Assembly (NCBI GenBank): GCA_041389925.1
Contig: JAWKQX010000006.1
Coordinates: 151,837-215,836, forward strand
Origin: Kofleriaceae bacterium
GTDB lineage: Bacteria > Myxococcota_A > Polyangia > Haliangiales > Haliangiaceae
Length of the DNA stretch: 64,000 nt
Direction of reading: 5' to 3'
Of this stretch, positions 62,025 to 64,000 are shown piece after piece. Position 1 is the stretch's first letter. Each line of letters begins with the position of its first letter. The translations under genes were made by a program, and so were the position numbers. The notes below the pieces were generated by a model that was not told where the DNA came from, searched no databases, and was given only the letters and a program-made list of their open reading frames with translations.

Positions 62025-63470
62025 TCAGCCCATGGGATACATCTCCGCGTAGTCTTGCGCGGGCGTCGCGCGGAGCTCGACGACGCGCTCGTGGGACAGG
62101 AGCCCGGCCACCGAGTCCGCGTAGAACATCCCTTTCGGCGAGAGCCGAAGCTCGCGCTTGTCGCGGAGGATCAGCCCCGCCTCCTCCAGCACCTGCCAGT
62201 GCGGCGCGAACTCCTCCAGCGCATGGGCGCGAAAGGCGCGCTTGTACGCCGCGCGGTCTACCACGCCGCGCGACAGTCCTCGCGTCAGGTGCAGGAGGCG
62301 CAGATCTTGCGGCGTGTAGAGGAAGAAGCCGTCCACCGGCGAGTCGCCCTCCCGGACCTTCGCGGCGAACTCGGCGCTGGTGCCGACGTTCATCGTCTTC
62401 TGCGCCATCGGGCGGCGGAACGCGGTGAACGTCGAGATCGCCCCGGGGCCGAAGCCGATCGCGTCGTACGTCGCCGGATCGAAGCTCGCGCGCTCGTAGA
62501 CAAACCGCTTCGGGCTCTGCGCTACGTCCGCGCGCTCGAAGTTGGTGAGCGTGGTCTGCTCGAACCCGCGCGCGAGCAGGTGCTCGCGCAGCGCCAGCCA
62601 CGTCGCCAGCGCGGTGTCTTGATCGGGGCGCGCCTCCAAGAGCGAGCCGTCGCTTGCCCATTCCGTGCCGAGGTCCGGCGTCAGCACCAGGTTGTAGAGG
62701 CAGATCTGATCGAAGCCCAGCTCGATCGCCGTCTCCACATCGGCGAGCGAGAGCTCGCGCGGGGCGCCGGGCAGGTTGAACAGGAGGTCCGCCGACGCGG
62801 TGAAGCCTCGCGCGTGCGCCGCCGCGACGACGCCCCCGATCTCGTCGCGATCGCCGAACGCGTCGCGCCCCATGCGCCGCAGCCAGCCGTCGTCGAAGGT
62901 CTGCACGCCCATGCTGATGCGGCGGTGGCGGACGCCGGCCCGCGCGAGCACCTCGAGCAGCGCGTCGTCGTGCAGGCGGAAGTAGCGCGGCACGCCCTCC
63001 AGCGTCAGCTCGGCGCCGCCCAGCTCGAACACCTCCGAGAGCCGCGTGCACAGGGCCGCCAGCTCCTCGGGCGGCGTGAGGTTGGCGGTGCCGCCGCCGA
63101 AGTACACCGCGTCGACCCGCCGCTCGCGGAGCGTGGGGTCGCGCTTCGCGGCGCGCTCGATCTCCACGCACACTTGCTCGACGACCTCGCGCATCGGCTC
63201 CTTGCCGAACTTCTCGTGGGGGAACGTGCAGAACCCACAGCCGCGAACCTTGGGGTTGCAGAACGTGTGCGGCAAGACGCCGACGATCAGCGGCCGCGAC
63301 GGGTTGCGGATCACGTTCAGCCGCCTCCCCGTGCGCCGCAGCAGCGGCGCCATCGGATAGCCTTGCAACAGCCGATGCCGCTGCGGCCGCGCCATCCGCC
63401 GCGCCAGCTCCGCGCGCAGCTCGGTGAGGCGCGCCTCGCGCGCAGCTCGGTTCTTGCGAAAGCTCAACAT
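62025..63470 (-). CDS. radical SAM protein of the HemN/HemW (oxygen-independent coproporphyrinogen oxidase / haem chaperone) family
   Basis: Cys cluster FCNPKVRGCGFCTF. VYFGGGTANLTP (GGGTP motif of HemN-like enzymes). About 480 aa. Confidence 0.75.
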   Translation of the reverse strand: MLSFRKNRAAREARLTELRAELARRMARPQRHRLLQGYPMAPLLRRTGRRLNVIRNPSRPLIVGVLPHTFCNPKVRGCGFCTFPHEKFGKEPMREVVEQVCVEIERAAKRDPTLRERRVDAVYFGGGTANLTPPEELAALCTRLSEVFELGGAELTLEGVPRYFRLHDDALLEVLARAGVRHRRISMGVQTFDDGWLRRMGRDAFGDRDEIGGVVAAAHARGFTASADLLFNLPGAPRELSLADVETAIELGFDQICLYNLVLTPDLGTEWASDGSLLEARPDQDTALATWLALREHLLARGFEQTTLTNFERADVAQSPKRFVYERASFDPATYDAIGFGPGAISTFTAFRRPMAQKTMNVGTSAEFAAKVREGDSPVDGFFLYTPQDLRLLHLTRGLSRGVVDRAAYKRAFRAHALEEFAPHWQVLEEAGLILRDKRELRLSPKGMFYADSVAGLLSHERVVELRATPAQDYAEMYPMG

Positions 63471-63796
63471 GGAGTCTCCTCGGCGATCACGGCATGACGC
63501 TCCACGAGCTAGCAGTAGCAGATCTGGAGACGCGGCTGCAAAGTTCCGCGCCGGCGCTGGCCGTCGAGGAGCTGTAGTGTCCCCCTCAAGTCAAGACACT
63601 CGCGCGCTCGGGATTCGGATGGTTCGAGCGTGCGGGTGAGCGTGGCGCCGGCGAGGCTCCGCGCGGCAGGCGAACAGAGTCCCTCGCATCCAGCGCCAGT
63701 GCCGCGCGGTGCGGTCCTCGCGCGAGGCAGGCGCCTCGCGCTGCGGTCCGCCCGGGTTTGGCGAGCACGTGTGATGGGGGCGAGGTGGCGCATGGG

Positions 63797-64000
63797 TCAG
63801 GCTGCGACGGCTGTGGTCGCGGCAGGCGCCGCGAGCTTGGTGGCGCGCCACTCGGCGGGTGTCATCCACTCGAGCGACTGGTGAGGGCGAGCGGTGTTGT
63901 AGTGCCGCAGCCAGGTGGCGACGGCTTCGCGCACCTCGTCGAGGCTCTCCCAGTCGCGGAGCCAGATGACCTCTTCCTTGAGGGTGCGGATGAAGCGCTC
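63797..64000 (-). CDS. 3' end of an IS3/IS481-family rve-integrase-type transposase (gene continues beyond the window)
   Basis: Reverse-strand translation of 63797-64000 gives ...ERFIRTLKEEVIWLRDWESLDEVREAVATWLRHYNTARPHQSLEWMTPAEWRATKL*, the conserved C-terminal block of the rve integrase core (ERFNRTLK...YNxxRPHxxL). Confidence 0.6.
   Translation of the reverse strand, partial: ERFIRTLKEEVIWLRDWESLDEVREAVATWLRHYNTARPHQSLEWMTPAEWRATKLAAPAATTAVAA

Overview
Coordinates may be off by 1 nt in places, because in three spots my base-by-base reading disagreed with the ORF-track frame; elsewhere they agree. The window is about 70% GC, consistent with a Myxococcota-like chromosome. Only about 40 of the six-frame ORFs look real; the rest are antisense or frameshadow artefacts typical of this GC content. 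Main content: (i) a complete type II secretion (gsp) cluster gspC-D-E-F-G-H-I-J-K-L-M-N on the + strand, preceded by an NtrC-type sigma-54 activator and a duplicated gspC 5' fragment, and followed by an H-NOX plus hybrid histidine kinase pair (NO-sensing type); (ii) an operon of three zinc-ribbon/His-rich hypothetical proteins, a large zinc-ribbon/TPR membrane protein, and a multi-pass sensor kinase; (iii) agmatine deiminase and N-carbamoylputrescine amidase genes split by an antiparallel two-gene insertion that includes a retropepsin-like aspartic protease; (iv) an accessory island at about 48.0-51.7 kb holding an IS4-family insertion sequence with imperfect terminal inverted repeats and a 10-bp target-site duplication, two inverted four-helix-bundle (Avd / 23S-IVS-protein-like) genes, long palindromic or MITE-like elements, and several period-6 GTSACS hexanucleotide repeat tracts; the same repeat also forms the in-frame N-terminus of a Ser/Thr kinase, of an SDR oxidoreductase ORF and of a stand-alone TV-repeat ORF; (v) a ferredoxin-FAD oxidoreductase plus Ser/Thr kinase pair, a cytochrome c / PQQ-propeller / beta-lactamase-like cluster, a radical-SAM HemW/HemN-like gene, and a truncated IS3/IS481-like integrase at the 3' edge. 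I saw no rRNA, tRNA or CRISPR.
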